Assembly: GCA_021650915.1 (NCBI GenBank)
Contig: CP091279.1
Location: 870,001-902,000, forward strand
DNA from: Candidatus Brocadia sp.
Lineage (GTDB): Bacteria > Planctomycetota > Brocadiia > Brocadiales > Brocadiaceae
Length of the DNA: 32,000 bases
Direction: 5' to 3'
Notes under the pieces: generated by a model
The model's database searches: none
What the model saw: only the letters and a program-made list of their open reading frames with translations
What the model was told of the DNA's origin: nothing
Position numbers and translations under genes: made by a program
In this document: positions 1-11,270 of the stretch, one piece after another
How positions within the stretch are numbered: position 1 is the first letter of the stretch
Layout of the letters: every line of letters starts with the position of its first letter

Positions 1-502
1 TCAGCAAATCACGTGAAACGTCCGCATGCAATTTCGTTCCCGTTTCCACAAAGTTACCCAGCCCAATGTCCCGTTCAATGGCAATTAGGGCGCCAATCCT
101 GTTTTTGGATAAATATTCGACCGCCTGTATGATTTCGTAGGTCATTTCCTGCTGTTCAGACTTTAAAAACATGCTGAAAACGGGGTTTTGTCCGAGTCTT
201 AGCAAGGCACGCCGAAATTCAGGCTGAAAGAGAATGATAATCGGGATGATAAATACCGGGACAAATTCCGTTATTAACCAATCGATGGTAAAGAGCTGCA
301 ATTTTCGCACAAAGAACAGCACGCCAATGGATATCAAGACAATAATAAACGCCAGACCCCGTAAAATGCTGGTTCCGCTGGTCCCCTGCATGATCCTGAG
401 CACAACGTACACCACCATAAAGATAAGGAAGATCTCACCCAGAGATCTTCCTATCATCCAACCGCTGATATTTTTAAATAGACCAGAAATACTTTCAAAC
501 AT
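1..502 (-). CDS. cdaA: Diadenylate cyclase CdaA (DisA_N type), N-terminal part. The 3-prime end runs off the window.
   Basis: My own reverse-strand translation from the ATG at 502-500 gives MFESISGLFKNISGWMIGRSLGEIFLIFMVVYVVLRIMQGTSGTSILRGLAFIIVLISIGVLFF...FQPEFRRALLRLGQNP...NRIGALIAIERDIGL. It has three N-terminal hydrophobic helices followed by the PE(F/L)RRAL and GALIAIER blocks typical of CdaA. It is absent from the ORF track because there is no stop inside the window. The start overlaps the folP stop (TAATG). Confidence 0.8.
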   Translation of the reverse strand, partial: MFESISGLFKNISGWMIGRSLGEIFLIFMVVYVVLRIMQGTSGTSILRGLAFIIVLISIGVLFFVRKLQLFTIDWLITEFVPVFIIPIIILFQPEFRRALLRLGQNPVFSMFLKSEQQEMTYEIIQAVEYLSKNRIGALIAIERDIGLGNFVETGTKLHADVSRDLL

Positions 503-1422
503 TACCGGTTCCCGATTGCATCACACAAAGTTACCACCTGGGCCGCTTCACGCACGTCGTGAACCCGCACCATATGGGCGCCGTTCATAACGGCAACAGC
601 AAGCGTTGCGAGTGTTCCATACAAACGTTCATGGACGGGGAGATCCAGGACGGCGCCGATAAACTTTTTCCGGGACGTACCCACCATTACAGGGAAGCCC
701 AGGCTTGCAAACTCCCTCAACCTTCTCAGGATTTCCAGATTCTGCTGCACCGTCTTTCCAAAACCAATGCCGGGATCAACGATAATCCTTTCTCTTTTTA
801 CGCCCGCGCTCACTGCCAGGGAGATCGATTTTTTTAAGAACGACCTTATTTCCGCACATGCGTTCTTCCGCAGGGGATATTTCTGCATGGTCCTTGTGCT
901 GCCCTTTTTATGCATAATGATAACGGGTACCTGCGACACGGCGGCGACCCGCGCCATCTCTTTGTCCATCCGTAAACCGCCGATATCATTAATAATTGAC
1001 GCCCCGGCATCAATCGCCCTTTCTGCAACCGCGGCCTTATAGGTATCGATGGAAATTGGCGCTCGTATCCGCTTTGATAAGAGTTTAATAAGGGGAATTA
1101 CCCTGGTTATTTCTTCTGTTTCCGTCACAGGAGATGCGCCTGGTCTCGTGGATTCGCCGCCGACGTCGATGATATCTGCGCCGCAATTCACCATGTCGAG
1201 CGCATGTTCAACGGCGCTTTCGTGGGTAGCATATCGCTTGCCGTCGTAAAAAGAATCCGGGGTTACGTTCAGGATTCCCATGACATACGTCTTTGTCCCG
1301 AGGTTCAATATGCCCTGCGGATAGGGCACATCAAAACATCCCCTTTTCAGATTGTCCGGCCTGTCCTGGATTGTTTGCCCTGATTTGGGAAGAGGAGTGT
1401 CCATAATCGCAACATCCCTCAT
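502..1422 (-). CDS. folP: Dihydropteroate synthase
   Basis: 306-aa ORF with DHPS blocks GILNVTPDSFYDG, DIIDVGGESTRPGA, SIDTYK, INDIGG, DPGIGFGKT and VRVHDV. Confidence 0.92.
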   Translation of the reverse strand: MRDVAIMDTPLPKSGQTIQDRPDNLKRGCFDVPYPQGILNLGTKTYVMGILNVTPDSFYDGKRYATHESAVEHALDMVNCGADIIDVGGESTRPGASPVTETEEITRVIPLIKLLSKRIRAPISIDTYKAAVAERAIDAGASIINDIGGLRMDKEMARVAAVSQVPVIIMHKKGSTRTMQKYPLRKNACAEIRSFLKKSISLAVSAGVKRERIIVDPGIGFGKTVQQNLEILRRLREFASLGFPVMVGTSRKKFIGAVLDLPVHERLYGTLATLAVAVMNGAHMVRVHDVREAAQVVTLCDAIGNR

Positions 1423-1424
1423 GA

Positions 1425-1940
1425 TTACCAGTCCTCTTCCATTGCATCCACAATGCCGCGGGCAACATTTACAAAGGCCTCCGTGCCGGAAGAGGTAAGC
1501 GTTTCATTCCTTGGAACAATAAACTCCGCTGCCTTGCTAATGTTTTTTCGCGGAACAATGGCCCTTCCTGTCCTCTTATCCACCCACTGTATTTCGATTC
1601 CTACAGATGTCCGGCTCTCGATGATGTTGTCATTCCTATTTTCAATGGTAACACCTTCATTAAAACTGGTAATCTTCCCGAACAAAATCGAATCGGCCTC
1701 ATCTTTATCCACTACCCGCAGTCGCGTTCTGAGCAGGATTTGATCACGAACAGCCTTGGTAAGGTCAAACTCATATCCCCGGCGAAAGGTGTTATTATCG
1801 AAAATCGGGACGTAGATACTCCGTACGTTGGAACGAAGCAACGATCGTGAAGAGTAACCACAACCCACAACCGCAGCGATAAAAAACATCACCACCGTCA
1901 GACAGACAATGGATGTGGATCTGTTGCGCTGAAAAAACAT
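1425..1940 (-). CDS. LptE-like outer-membrane lipoprotein (putative)
   Basis: The ORF extends to 2138, but the internal ATG at 1940 gives MFFQRNRSTSIVCLTVVMFFIAAVVGCGY, a signal peptide plus lipobox (VVGC). The mature part (IYVPIFDNNTFRRGYEFDLTKAVRDQIL..) resembles LptE-family proteins. It sits next to a BamD-like gene. The start is uncertain (alternatives 2087 and 2138). Confidence 0.5.
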   Translation of the reverse strand: MFFQRNRSTSIVCLTVVMFFIAAVVGCGYSSRSLLRSNVRSIYVPIFDNNTFRRGYEFDLTKAVRDQILLRTRLRVVDKDEADSILFGKITSFNEGVTIENRNDNIIESRTSVGIEIQWVDKRTGRAIVPRKNISKAAEFIVPRNETLTSSGTEAFVNVARGIVDAMEEDW

Positions 1941-2148
1941 CTTTCCCGGGAAGAGGTCTTTTCGCCCCCCTGTTTTCCCACATCGCAATGAAGAAAGGGA
2001 AGAGAGACGATCCGCAACTCCCCTTGTTTCTTTTGTGACAACCCTTTTGTTGCGGCTAAGCCGCGCATGATATCGATGGTGTACCATGGTATCGTATAAT
2101 ATAATGCCTGAAGGAATATGGCGTCCTGACAGGCGCATTTTAGCCCTC

Positions 2149-3069
2149 TTATTTTATAGCTTCAATTATCCTCAAAAATTCGATCTTTTCATTCGCTCTT
2201 TCCGCCCAGACAGTGTCGGGAAAATCAGCTGTAACGTACCCAAAATACATGGCAGCCGAGGCAGGCTTCTTTTGCCGGAGATAAAACTCTCCGATATTGT
2301 ACTCCCGTTCTGCCTCAATAATCCTTATTTCCTGAATCATTTTCTTTGCATCTTCGGCATGTATGTCATGGGGGTGAGAGACGAGAAATTCTTCAAATCC
2401 CTCCCGTGCGGAGATCAGAAGGCCATAATTGCGCTCTTGCTGCTTCTCGTGATAGACTTTTGAAAGCGGTATCTGATATTGAACATACGGAACCCATTCA
2501 CTTTTCGGATAATTTTCCAAAAACTTTTCATACGCGTCAAGGGCCTCTTCGTATAGCTCGAGTTTGAAATAACAATCCGCAATTTTTACCTGTGCATCCG
2601 GGGCAATTGGCCCTAAAGGATGCTTTTCTATAATCCTTTCGAAGACACTAATGGCCGCTTGCTCATCGGTCTCCATCTGAGTAACACCCACCTGATACTC
2701 CCGTTTCAGTATCTCCACCGTCCTTTTTGTGCCAGGGTATTTTTCCAGGACTTTTTCGTACGCCTTAAGCGCCCGCTTAAAATCATTATTGAGATAATAT
2801 GCCCGGCCAATATTGATCTGAGAAACCTCAGCATATTCAGAATCACCCGCGTCACGGATAATTAATTCAAATTCCTTTATTGCAACGGTATATTTTTGTT
2901 CCACCAGAAGTGAAAGCGCATATCTGTAACGTTGTTCCAGCGTGGAAATTTCAGTCGTGGGAGATTCCATCCAACCCGTTTCTTTGTTCCAGATCCATTT
3001 TCCGTATGCGGGGGTAATCGCCAGACTCAGCAGGCTGCCCACCAAAAGAATGATAGACTGAAATTTCAT
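2149..3069 (-). CDS. BamD/YfiO-like TPR protein (outer-membrane assembly factor-like), secreted
   Basis: 306 aa. It has an N-terminal signal peptide (MKFQSIILLVGSLLSLAITPAYG) and TPR-like repeats throughout (e.g. AQVKIADCYFKLELYEEALDAYEKFLENYPKSEW). There is no lipobox Cys, so it is not a classical BamD lipoprotein. Confidence 0.55.
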   Translation of the reverse strand: MKFQSIILLVGSLLSLAITPAYGKWIWNKETGWMESPTTEISTLEQRYRYALSLLVEQKYTVAIKEFELIIRDAGDSEYAEVSQINIGRAYYLNNDFKRALKAYEKVLEKYPGTKRTVEILKREYQVGVTQMETDEQAAISVFERIIEKHPLGPIAPDAQVKIADCYFKLELYEEALDAYEKFLENYPKSEWVPYVQYQIPLSKVYHEKQQERNYGLLISAREGFEEFLVSHPHDIHAEDAKKMIQEIRIIEAEREYNIGEFYLRQKKPASAAMYFGYVTADFPDTVWAERANEKIEFLRIIEAIK

Positions 3070-3100
3070 GATCGTATGGTTAAAGATTCGTGAACTCTTG

Positions 3101-3850
3101 TCAAATCCTGATATATTTCCATGAATTGAGCTCCTTGTTTAAGAGAGACGCAATATAATAGCGCAGCATTTTTTCTATTTCAACACAAATAGACAACCGT
3201 AATCTGACACGGTCTAACCCGCGAACGTTCATTTCCGCCAATCTTCCGGCAATAACCATCGAACCAGGAGTCACTGGGATTCCATGGGTGAATTTCGTTT
3301 GACATTTGCTGCATACCCCCCCGCCCTCTTTTGCGCAGAAACGCACCCCTGATGCCTGCTGAATACGGTTCTTACACTGGACACAGCATCCCCATTCAGG
3401 CAAATACCCCAAAATCTTCAAAAGCTTTATTTCAAAGACCAGGGAGCGAACCGTAGCATCCCGATCCGTTGATATTCCAGCCAACGTATCCGTCAGGATG
3501 TCAAAAAGCTGTTCGCTGGGATCATTTTCCACCGTAAATTCATTCATCAGTTCCGCCACATACAAAGCTCTGTAGTACTTGTCCAACTCGCTGCGAAGCG
3601 TTGGGTAATTATTTTGTAATACTGCCTCGGTAAGCGTATGAAGAGAGGTTAGTTCTTTTTTGATAAAAATAATCTGATAGTGCGACAAAAGATCTATCGC
3701 CCTGGAACTATGTTTTCCCGATGAACGCTTGAACCCTTTTGCAAGGACGCGTATTTTTCCATAGTCGCGGGTATAAAAAGTAACGATCTGACTGGAATCA
3801 CTGTAATCAGACCGCCCTAATGCAATTGCCGCTGTTCCGACGACAGGCAT
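3101..3850 (-). CDS. recO: DNA repair protein RecO
   Basis: 249 aa. The N-terminal OB-fold region carries GKIRVLAKGFKRS, and the C-terminal Cys4 zinc motif is CVQC...CSKC. Confidence 0.85.
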   Translation of the reverse strand: MPVVGTAAIALGRSDYSDSSQIVTFYTRDYGKIRVLAKGFKRSSGKHSSRAIDLLSHYQIIFIKKELTSLHTLTEAVLQNNYPTLRSELDKYYRALYVAELMNEFTVENDPSEQLFDILTDTLAGISTDRDATVRSLVFEIKLLKILGYLPEWGCCVQCKNRIQQASGVRFCAKEGGGVCSKCQTKFTHGIPVTPGSMVIAGRLAEMNVRGLDRVRLRLSICVEIEKMLRYYIASLLNKELNSWKYIRI

Positions 3851-3871
3851 ACCAATGCAACGAAATCTAAA

Positions 3872-4351
3872 TTAATCAGGAATAGGAACACAATAACCAC
3901 ACTCTGCCAGCAGCGCTCCTTCTCTCTGATGCATTCTTTGAGCGTCTTTCTTTTTCCGATCATCATATCCCAGCAAATGCAACACCCCGTGGACCAGGTA
4001 CAGGGCGATTTCCCCTTCGACTGAACATCCGCGGCTTTTTGCCTGCTGCACCGCCATTTCAACGGAGACAAGGATTTCGCCGGCAATGGTATTTTTCGGG
4101 GATTGTTCATGATAGGCAAAACTCAGCACATCGGTGGCATAATTGTGCCCCAGAAACGTATTATTAATTTTTTTAATGCCCTTATTGTCGATAAAAACAA
4201 GGTTGAGTTCCGCATCCTTATTCTCGCCCGAGAAAATCCTGCGAACCAGTTTTTTTATCCTGCCTGGCGCTATCGGATAGCATTTCTGGAGATTGATAAT
4301 TTCTAACTTCACCTTTGGAGTCGCCGGACTACAGCTCGTACGCATCAACAA
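3872..4351 (-). CDS. ybeY: rRNA maturation endoribonuclease YbeY
   Basis: 159 aa with the zinc motif HGVLHLLGYDD. The ATG at 4351 overlaps the phoH stop by 23 nt, and alternative starts are possible. Confidence 0.9.
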   Translation of the reverse strand: MLMRTSCSPATPKVKLEIINLQKCYPIAPGRIKKLVRRIFSGENKDAELNLVFIDNKGIKKINNTFLGHNYATDVLSFAYHEQSPKNTIAGEILVSVEMAVQQAKSRGCSVEGEIALYLVHGVLHLLGYDDRKKKDAQRMHQREGALLAECGYCVPIPD

Positions 4352-5321
4352 TATCCTGAACCAATTTATGCCGTATGATGTCCGCCTTTGTCAGATAGAC
4401 AAAAGAAATATCCTGAATAGCCATGAGTCTTTCCTGGACGTCAATTAAGCCCGACAATTCTCCACCCGGCAAATCGACCTGAGTGATATCTCCGGTGACC
4501 ACCACCTTTGATTTGACACCCAGCCTCGTTAAGAAGGTTTTCATCTGTTTTACGGTGCAATTTTGCGCCTCATCAAGAATGATGAATGCATCGTTGAGCG
4601 TTCTCCCCCGCATATAGGCAAGCGGCAGAATCTCTATGATGTCGCTTTCCAGATATTTTTTCACATGCCCGACATCCATCATATCCGCGATGGCGTCATA
4701 GAGCGGGCGCAGGTAGGGGTTCACCTTGGCCTTAATATCGCCCGGCAGGTATCCGAGTTTCTCTCCCGCCTCAACAGCCGGCCTGGCAAGGACAATCCTC
4801 CGTATGCGTCCGCTTTTCAGGAAAGAAAGCGCCATCGCCACCGCCAGATAGGTTTTTCCCGTGCCGGCGGGTCCGATGCAAAAGACGAGGTCGTTTTTTT
4901 TGATTGCCTCGATGTATTTTGCCTGTCCCTCCGTCTTCGGTTTGATAAACAGGCCTCGCTGAAATACGTCTATCGTCTGGGCGGTTTCATCGCCTGTCTC
5001 GCCCTTGACATCAACGATGGCTTGTTCGACGTCGTCCGCATCCAATCGTCCCGTCGTGCGCACAATTTCCAGCAATCCGCTCAATACTTTCCTGCTGGCG
5101 CTTACCCGTTCTTTTTCTCCTTCAAGTTTTAGCACCCCGTGGCGGGCAACGAGCTGTATCTGAAAGGCGTCTCTGACCAGACGAAGATAGCGGTCGTTGC
5201 TGCCGTATAAGATAGACGCTTCGGCATCGTTCTCGAGGATCAGGGTGTTTTGGTGCGCGAATGGATTATGAAAATATTCTTTTATTCCGGAGTCTTTTTG
5301 AACGTTAACTTTTTGATTCAT
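4329..5321 (-). CDS. phoH: PhoH-like ATPase (YbeZ family)
   Basis: 330 aa with Walker A GPAGTGKT and the FIILDEAQN box. It occupies the classical phoH-ybeY neighbourhood. Confidence 0.9.
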   Translation of the reverse strand: MNQKVNVQKDSGIKEYFHNPFAHQNTLILENDAEASILYGSNDRYLRLVRDAFQIQLVARHGVLKLEGEKERVSASRKVLSGLLEIVRTTGRLDADDVEQAIVDVKGETGDETAQTIDVFQRGLFIKPKTEGQAKYIEAIKKNDLVFCIGPAGTGKTYLAVAMALSFLKSGRIRRIVLARPAVEAGEKLGYLPGDIKAKVNPYLRPLYDAIADMMDVGHVKKYLESDIIEILPLAYMRGRTLNDAFIILDEAQNCTVKQMKTFLTRLGVKSKVVVTGDITQVDLPGGELSGLIDVQERLMAIQDISFVYLTKADIIRHKLVQDIVDAYEL

Positions 5322-6165
5322 TGTTCAATCAATTTACCCCATACAAAGAGATAATAGGCAACCGGCATGCTCACCAGCAGACAATCAATTACATCCAGCA
5401 CCCCGCCAAAGGCCGGCACCAGACGCCCGGAATCCTTTACCTGCGCGTCTCTCTTGAGCAGCGATTCTGCTAAATCTCCCAGCATGGCGGAAAAACCTAC
5501 CACTGCCCCAAAGATGATTGCCCATGGTACGCTCATCACCCTGATGGAGGGAATGAGATTGAATGTCACTGAAATCAGAATGCTCGATGCCAGCGAAAAG
5601 CAGGCGCCCTCAACCGTTTTGTTCGGGCTAATAACCTTTGCCAGTTTGTGTTTGCCATATTTTCTGCCAAGGAGATAACCACCGATGTCACCAAACTTGG
5701 AAACGAGCAAAACAAGAACCACGATGGCAAGACCATGGGGAAAGGTGCGCAGGGCAAGAGCAAAACTCAGGAGAAAAGCCACATAGAAAATGCCGAAAAT
5801 GGTTACCGCAATATTCTTTATGGCATCCTGGGTGCCGCGGGTAACGGCCTGAATGAGTAACAGCCAGAAGACGAGGATAACCATCGCTTCCTCACGGAAA
5901 AAACGGCAATCAACAGCAATATCTTTGCGGAGCGATAACCAGGAAAACACCAGCAGCGCAACGCCTGCAGCAATACCCGATATGCGAAACGGAGAGAAGC
6001 CATTTTTGCCCGCAATATGATAAAATTCGTATAAGCCAATTCCGCCCGCTACAATGGCCAGGCTCATGAATCCGAGATCGGTGTCAAACAGGGAATCGAG
6101 CCACAGAATGCCAAAGAACAGCGCGAACAGAATAACGCCAAAGGTGATTCTCGTCTGAAGGGTAC

Positions 6166-6169
<4 letters not shown>
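5318..6169 (-). CDS. cdsA: Phosphatidate cytidylyltransferase (CDP-diglyceride synthase) with a non-canonical C-terminal signature
   Basis: 283-aa polytopic membrane protein. Its C-terminal block GDLAESLLKRDAQVKDSGRLVPAFGGVLDVIDC aligns to the CdsA signature S-x-x-KR-x4-KD-x-G-x2-x-P-G-H-GG-x-x-D-R-x-D, but with H->F and R->V. It overlaps the uppS stop by 4 nt. Confidence 0.8.
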
Positions 6170-8253
<2,084 letters not shown>

Positions 8254-8330
8254 GGGAATACACTTGCACGGCCTTATGCAAGGATTTTTCCATGCCCACA
8301 TCAAAATGCAAAGATATTAAGATAAGAGAC

Positions 8331-8358
8331 TTGAATATGTGAGGTTTTATGGTAAACT
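8331..8358 (+). promoter_or_regulatory. Candidate extended -10 promoter for the cytochrome c gene
   Basis: TTGAAT-N16-TAAACT, with TG one base upstream of the -10 (TGgTAAACT). An AU-rich hairpin follows (ttttttgc/gcaaaaaa, 8371-8397) in the putative leader. Confidence 0.4.
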
Positions 8359-8447
8359 TTTAGAATTGGATTTTTTGCATCCGCTGAAAGCAAAAAATAT
8401 TTATACCAGAGCGCTACGAGAAGAAATTACAAAAGCAGGAGAAGAGC

Positions 8448-8807
8448 ATGGGGAAATCCATTGTCGCGATATTTCTTTTTATTTTATGTCTCATGTCATC
8501 TTACGGATGCAACCACAAACAAACTGCCTTGACGGAAAAAGACGGTATATGGGTTGTATATGACAGGGAGTGCCGGAAGTGTCACAAGATTAACGGAAAA
8601 GGGAGTCTTGTCGGACGATTCATTTACAAAATGCCGAATTTTACCAACACCAAGTGGCAGGACAACGTCTCTGATTCACGGCTCATTATTTCCGTGGCAA
8701 ACGGGAAAGGAAAAATGCCCGGCTATAAGGGTAAACTGAAAGATGAAGAAATTGTCGACCTGGTCAAGGTCTGTGTCAGGAGTTTTTACCCGCCACCAGC
8801 AGAATAA
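8448..8807 (+). CDS. Small monoheme c-type cytochrome, probably a lipoprotein
   Basis: 119 aa. It has a signal peptide ending in SSYGC, a single CRKCH heme-binding motif, and a distal GKMPGY (Met ligand candidate). An AGGAG-like Shine-Dalgarno (gcaggagaagagc) precedes the ATG. Confidence 0.8.
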   Translation: MGKSIVAIFLFILCLMSSYGCNHKQTALTEKDGIWVVYDRECRKCHKINGKGSLVGRFIYKMPNFTNTKWQDNVSDSRLIISVANGKGKMPGYKGKLKDEEIVDLVKVCVRSFYPPPAE

Positions 8808-8977
8808 TAAGGTTCCGGAAAAAATAATCGTGTGACAAGGCTCAGAAAAGACCCTGCTTGTTCGGGGAAAAACAAGGGCAAACACGTTTCTCTGGTACGG
8901 CACGTTGCTTTTACCGTCCTTTGTGATACGATATGCTCTGGGGAATATTATAAACATCAGGCCAATGGAGAATAACC

Positions 8978-9340
8978 ATGCTACGTGAGATGTGCAAGGC
9001 GAAGATACACGCCGCAACGGTAACAGAGACCAACCTGAATTATCAAGGGAGTATCAGCATCGACAAGGCGTTGCTTGATGCCGTGGATATTTTGCATTAT
9101 GAACGGGTACAGGTCCTCAATATTAACAATGGAACACGGGTAGAAACCTACGTGATTGAAGGGGAGCGCAACTCCGGTGTCATTTGTTTAAACGGCGCTG
9201 CGGCACGGTGGGCGCAGCCCGGCGATAAGGTGATCATTATTTCTTACTGCCTCATGGAAGACAAAGAAGCAAAGAACTGGAAACCAAAGATTATTCTGGT
9301 GGATGAGAATAACAAACTCATCACAACCCTTCCCTTATGA
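8978..9340 (+). CDS. panD: Aspartate 1-decarboxylase
   Basis: 120 aa. [29 protein letters not shown] contains the self-processing G-S site. The stop overlaps the lgt start (ATGA). Confidence 0.92.
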   Translation: MLREMCKAKIHAATVTETNLNYQGSISIDKALLDAVDILHYERVQVLNINNGTRVETYVIEGERNSGVICLNGAAARWAQPGDKVIIISYCLMEDKEAKNWKPKIILVDENNKLITTLPL

Positions 9341-10197
9341 GAAAGGTACTCCTCGAAATTCCTCTCCCTTTTTTCCATAAAGGCATCCCTATCTATGCTT
9401 ACGGCTTTATGCTGATGGTTGCCTTTCTTGTGGCCATTACTATCGCGCGCTGGAGGGCGAAGAAGGAAGGGCTTGACCCAAACAAGATTACCGATCTCGG
9501 AATTTATCTCGTTTGTGCGGGTATTTTGGGGGCACGGCTTTTCTTTATTATCCAGTTCTACAAGGAGTATCAACATCATCTTCTCAGTATCTTTAAAATC
9601 TATGAGGGTGGTTTGGTTTACTACGGGGGGCTCTTTGCCGGCATCGTGACCTTGTTTGTTTACGTCAGGAAGAATCATCTGCCCTTCCTTAAGGTTGTTG
9701 ATATCCTTATACCTTCAGCCGCACTGGGACTTGCCTTTGGCCGTATCGGATGCTTTCTGAATGGTTGCTGCTTCGGAAAGGTTGCGGCGCACATCCCCTG
9801 GGCGGTCCAATTTCCAAGAACCTTAGATAAAACGGGTATGGTGGATGGCAGCCCCGCCTTCGTTCATCAGTATGAGATCGGATTGATTTCCCTCTCGGAG
9901 ACACATAGTCTTCCGATCCATCCCACTCAGTTGTACTCATTTGTTGCAGATGTGATACTTTTCTTTCTTCTGAGTGCTTTTTTACGGTACCGAAAAAAAA
10001 CCGGAGAGGTGCTGCTTATGTTTGGAATCCTGTATCCCGTCATACGGTTTTCGATAGAGTCGCTCAGGGATGATAATCCGCTCATCTTTGGGCTTTTTAC
10101 CATCGCACAGATTATTAGTATTGGCATGTTTGCGGTATCGGTGAGTCTTTTTACCGTGGGCAGGCTGAAAAACTACGGCAATGCAGTCAGGAGTTAA
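9337..10197 (+). CDS. lgt: Prolipoprotein diacylglyceryl transferase
   Basis: 286-aa polytopic membrane protein with [13 protein letters not shown] and HPTQLY blocks. Confidence 0.88.
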   Translation: MRKVLLEIPLPFFHKGIPIYAYGFMLMVAFLVAITIARWRAKKEGLDPNKITDLGIYLVCAGILGARLFFIIQFYKEYQHHLLSIFKIYEGGLVYYGGLFAGIVTLFVYVRKNHLPFLKVVDILIPSAALGLAFGRIGCFLNGCCFGKVAAHIPWAVQFPRTLDKTGMVDGSPAFVHQYEIGLISLSETHSLPIHPTQLYSFVADVILFFLLSAFLRYRKKTGEVLLMFGILYPVIRFSIESLRDDNPLIFGLFTIAQIISIGMFAVSVSLFTVGRLKNYGNAVRS

Positions 10198-10272
10198 TCC
10201 GGAGACTTGTGTTTTATTGGTCGCTGGTGGCGTTGAATTCAATGACGGGAAAAGACGGCCTTGAGGTCGGGA

Positions 10273-10743
10273 TTATATTCTTACCCCAACCTTTTTGAAT
10301 TCTCTTTCGCTATAAAGAACGACGTAATCATCCAATCCTGTCTTTTCCTTAATAGCCTGAATTACGGCCTCGCATTCGGCATCGGTGTAACCGTGGATCA
10401 TGGTAAAGACGTTGTATTCCCAGTCAGGATACACGGGGCGTTCGTAACAGTGGGTTACCTCTTCAAATCCGGCCATGATCTTACCTACGTCGTCAACCCT
10501 GTCACCTGGCACCTTCCATACACACATGGCATTGGCGTTGATGCCAATCTTACGATGAGCAATCGAAGCGGCGAGACGCCTGATCTTTCCCTCTTCCAGG
10601 AGTTTTTTGAGCCTCTGTATTACCTCGTCTTCAGTCATTCCCATTGCCTGTCCGATATCTTTGTAAGGGGTCTTCGTAACCGGCAGGCCTTCCTGTATGT
10701 GTTTAATAAGTTTAACATCGATGTCTTCTTTTTTTGTTGTCAT
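10273..10743 (-). CDS. Siroheme decarboxylase subunit (AhbA/AhbB; NirD/L/G/H family, AsnC/Lrp fold)
   Basis: It has an N-terminal wHTH (DVKLIKHIQEGLPVTKTPYKDIGQAMGMTEDEVIQRLKKLLEEGKIRR) and a C-terminal alpha/beta domain (VTHCYERP...WEYNVFTMIH). It is paired with a paralog immediately upstream. The start could be ATG 10743 or GTG 10758. I cannot tell the A subunit from the B subunit. Confidence 0.75.
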   Translation of the reverse strand: MTTKKEDIDVKLIKHIQEGLPVTKTPYKDIGQAMGMTEDEVIQRLKKLLEEGKIRRLAASIAHRKIGINANAMCVWKVPGDRVDDVGKIMAGFEEVTHCYERPVYPDWEYNVFTMIHGYTDAECEAVIQAIKEKTGLDDYVVLYSEREFKKVGVRI

Positions 10744-10802
10744 GATTGAATTAAGCACGGATAAACGAAATTGCCCGTGTCAGCCTTTCGATATTGAGAT
10801 TC

Positions 10803-11270
10803 TTAATAAATTTTAAAACGAACGCCGATCTTGAACTTTTTTATCGTAGGCATTGTCCGGACAATTAGCCCGGTTCGGTTCTCGATCTCTTTTAATCTGC
10901 TGTTGAGTTCCTCGTCGTCCTTTGCCGACATGGTAAACCACATATTGTAGGGGATATGTTTATTTTCCCCTTTTCGCAGGTAATTATGGGAAACTCCGCT
11001 ATATTCGTTGATAATAGCGCTTACCTCATCAATGCGGTCTTCCGGAACATTAACCGCGGCCAGGGTCGCTTCCCTGCCCATGGCCTGGGTATTAATAATG
11101 GGTGCAAGCCTCCTTACGTAACCTTTTTCTATCATGAACTTAATGCGTTCGATGATCGTGTCTTCATCGACAGCTAGTTCTTTGCTCAACTCCAGAAATG
11201 GCCTTGATACAAGAGGCAGATTGGATTGCAAACGGTGCAGTATCTTTCTGTCAGTATCGGATAGCATCAT
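10803..11270 (-). CDS. Siroheme decarboxylase subunit (AhbA/AhbB; NirD/L/G/H family, AsnC/Lrp fold)
   Basis: 155 aa. DRKILHRLQSNLPLVSRPFLELSKELAVDEDTIIERIKFMIEKGYVRR is followed by GVSHNYLR...YNMWFTM. The start overlaps the stop of the upstream Fe-S gene by 4 nt. Confidence 0.75.
   Translation of the reverse strand: MMLSDTDRKILHRLQSNLPLVSRPFLELSKELAVDEDTIIERIKFMIEKGYVRRLAPIINTQAMGREATLAAVNVPEDRIDEVSAIINEYSGVSHNYLRKGENKHIPYNMWFTMSAKDDEELNSRLKEIENRTGLIVRTMPTIKKFKIGVRFKIY

Noticed and set aside
1941-2138. Long N-terminal extension of the LptE-like ORF (start at 2138)
   Set aside because: The extension (MRLSGRHIPSGIILYDTMVHHRYHARLSRNKR...) is basic, low-complexity sequence preceding a perfectly good signal peptide and lipobox that begin at the ATG at 1940.
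4563-5132. 189-aa plus-strand ORF
   Set aside because: It is antisense to phoH. Likewise, 10261-10749 (+) is antisense to the AsnC-fold decarboxylase subunit, and 30328-30906 (+) is antisense to the LamG gene.
8676-9017. 113-aa minus-strand ORF between the cytochrome c gene and panD
   Set aside because: It overlaps the 3-prime end of the cytochrome gene and the panD start on the opposite strand. It has no motifs and no Shine-Dalgarno.
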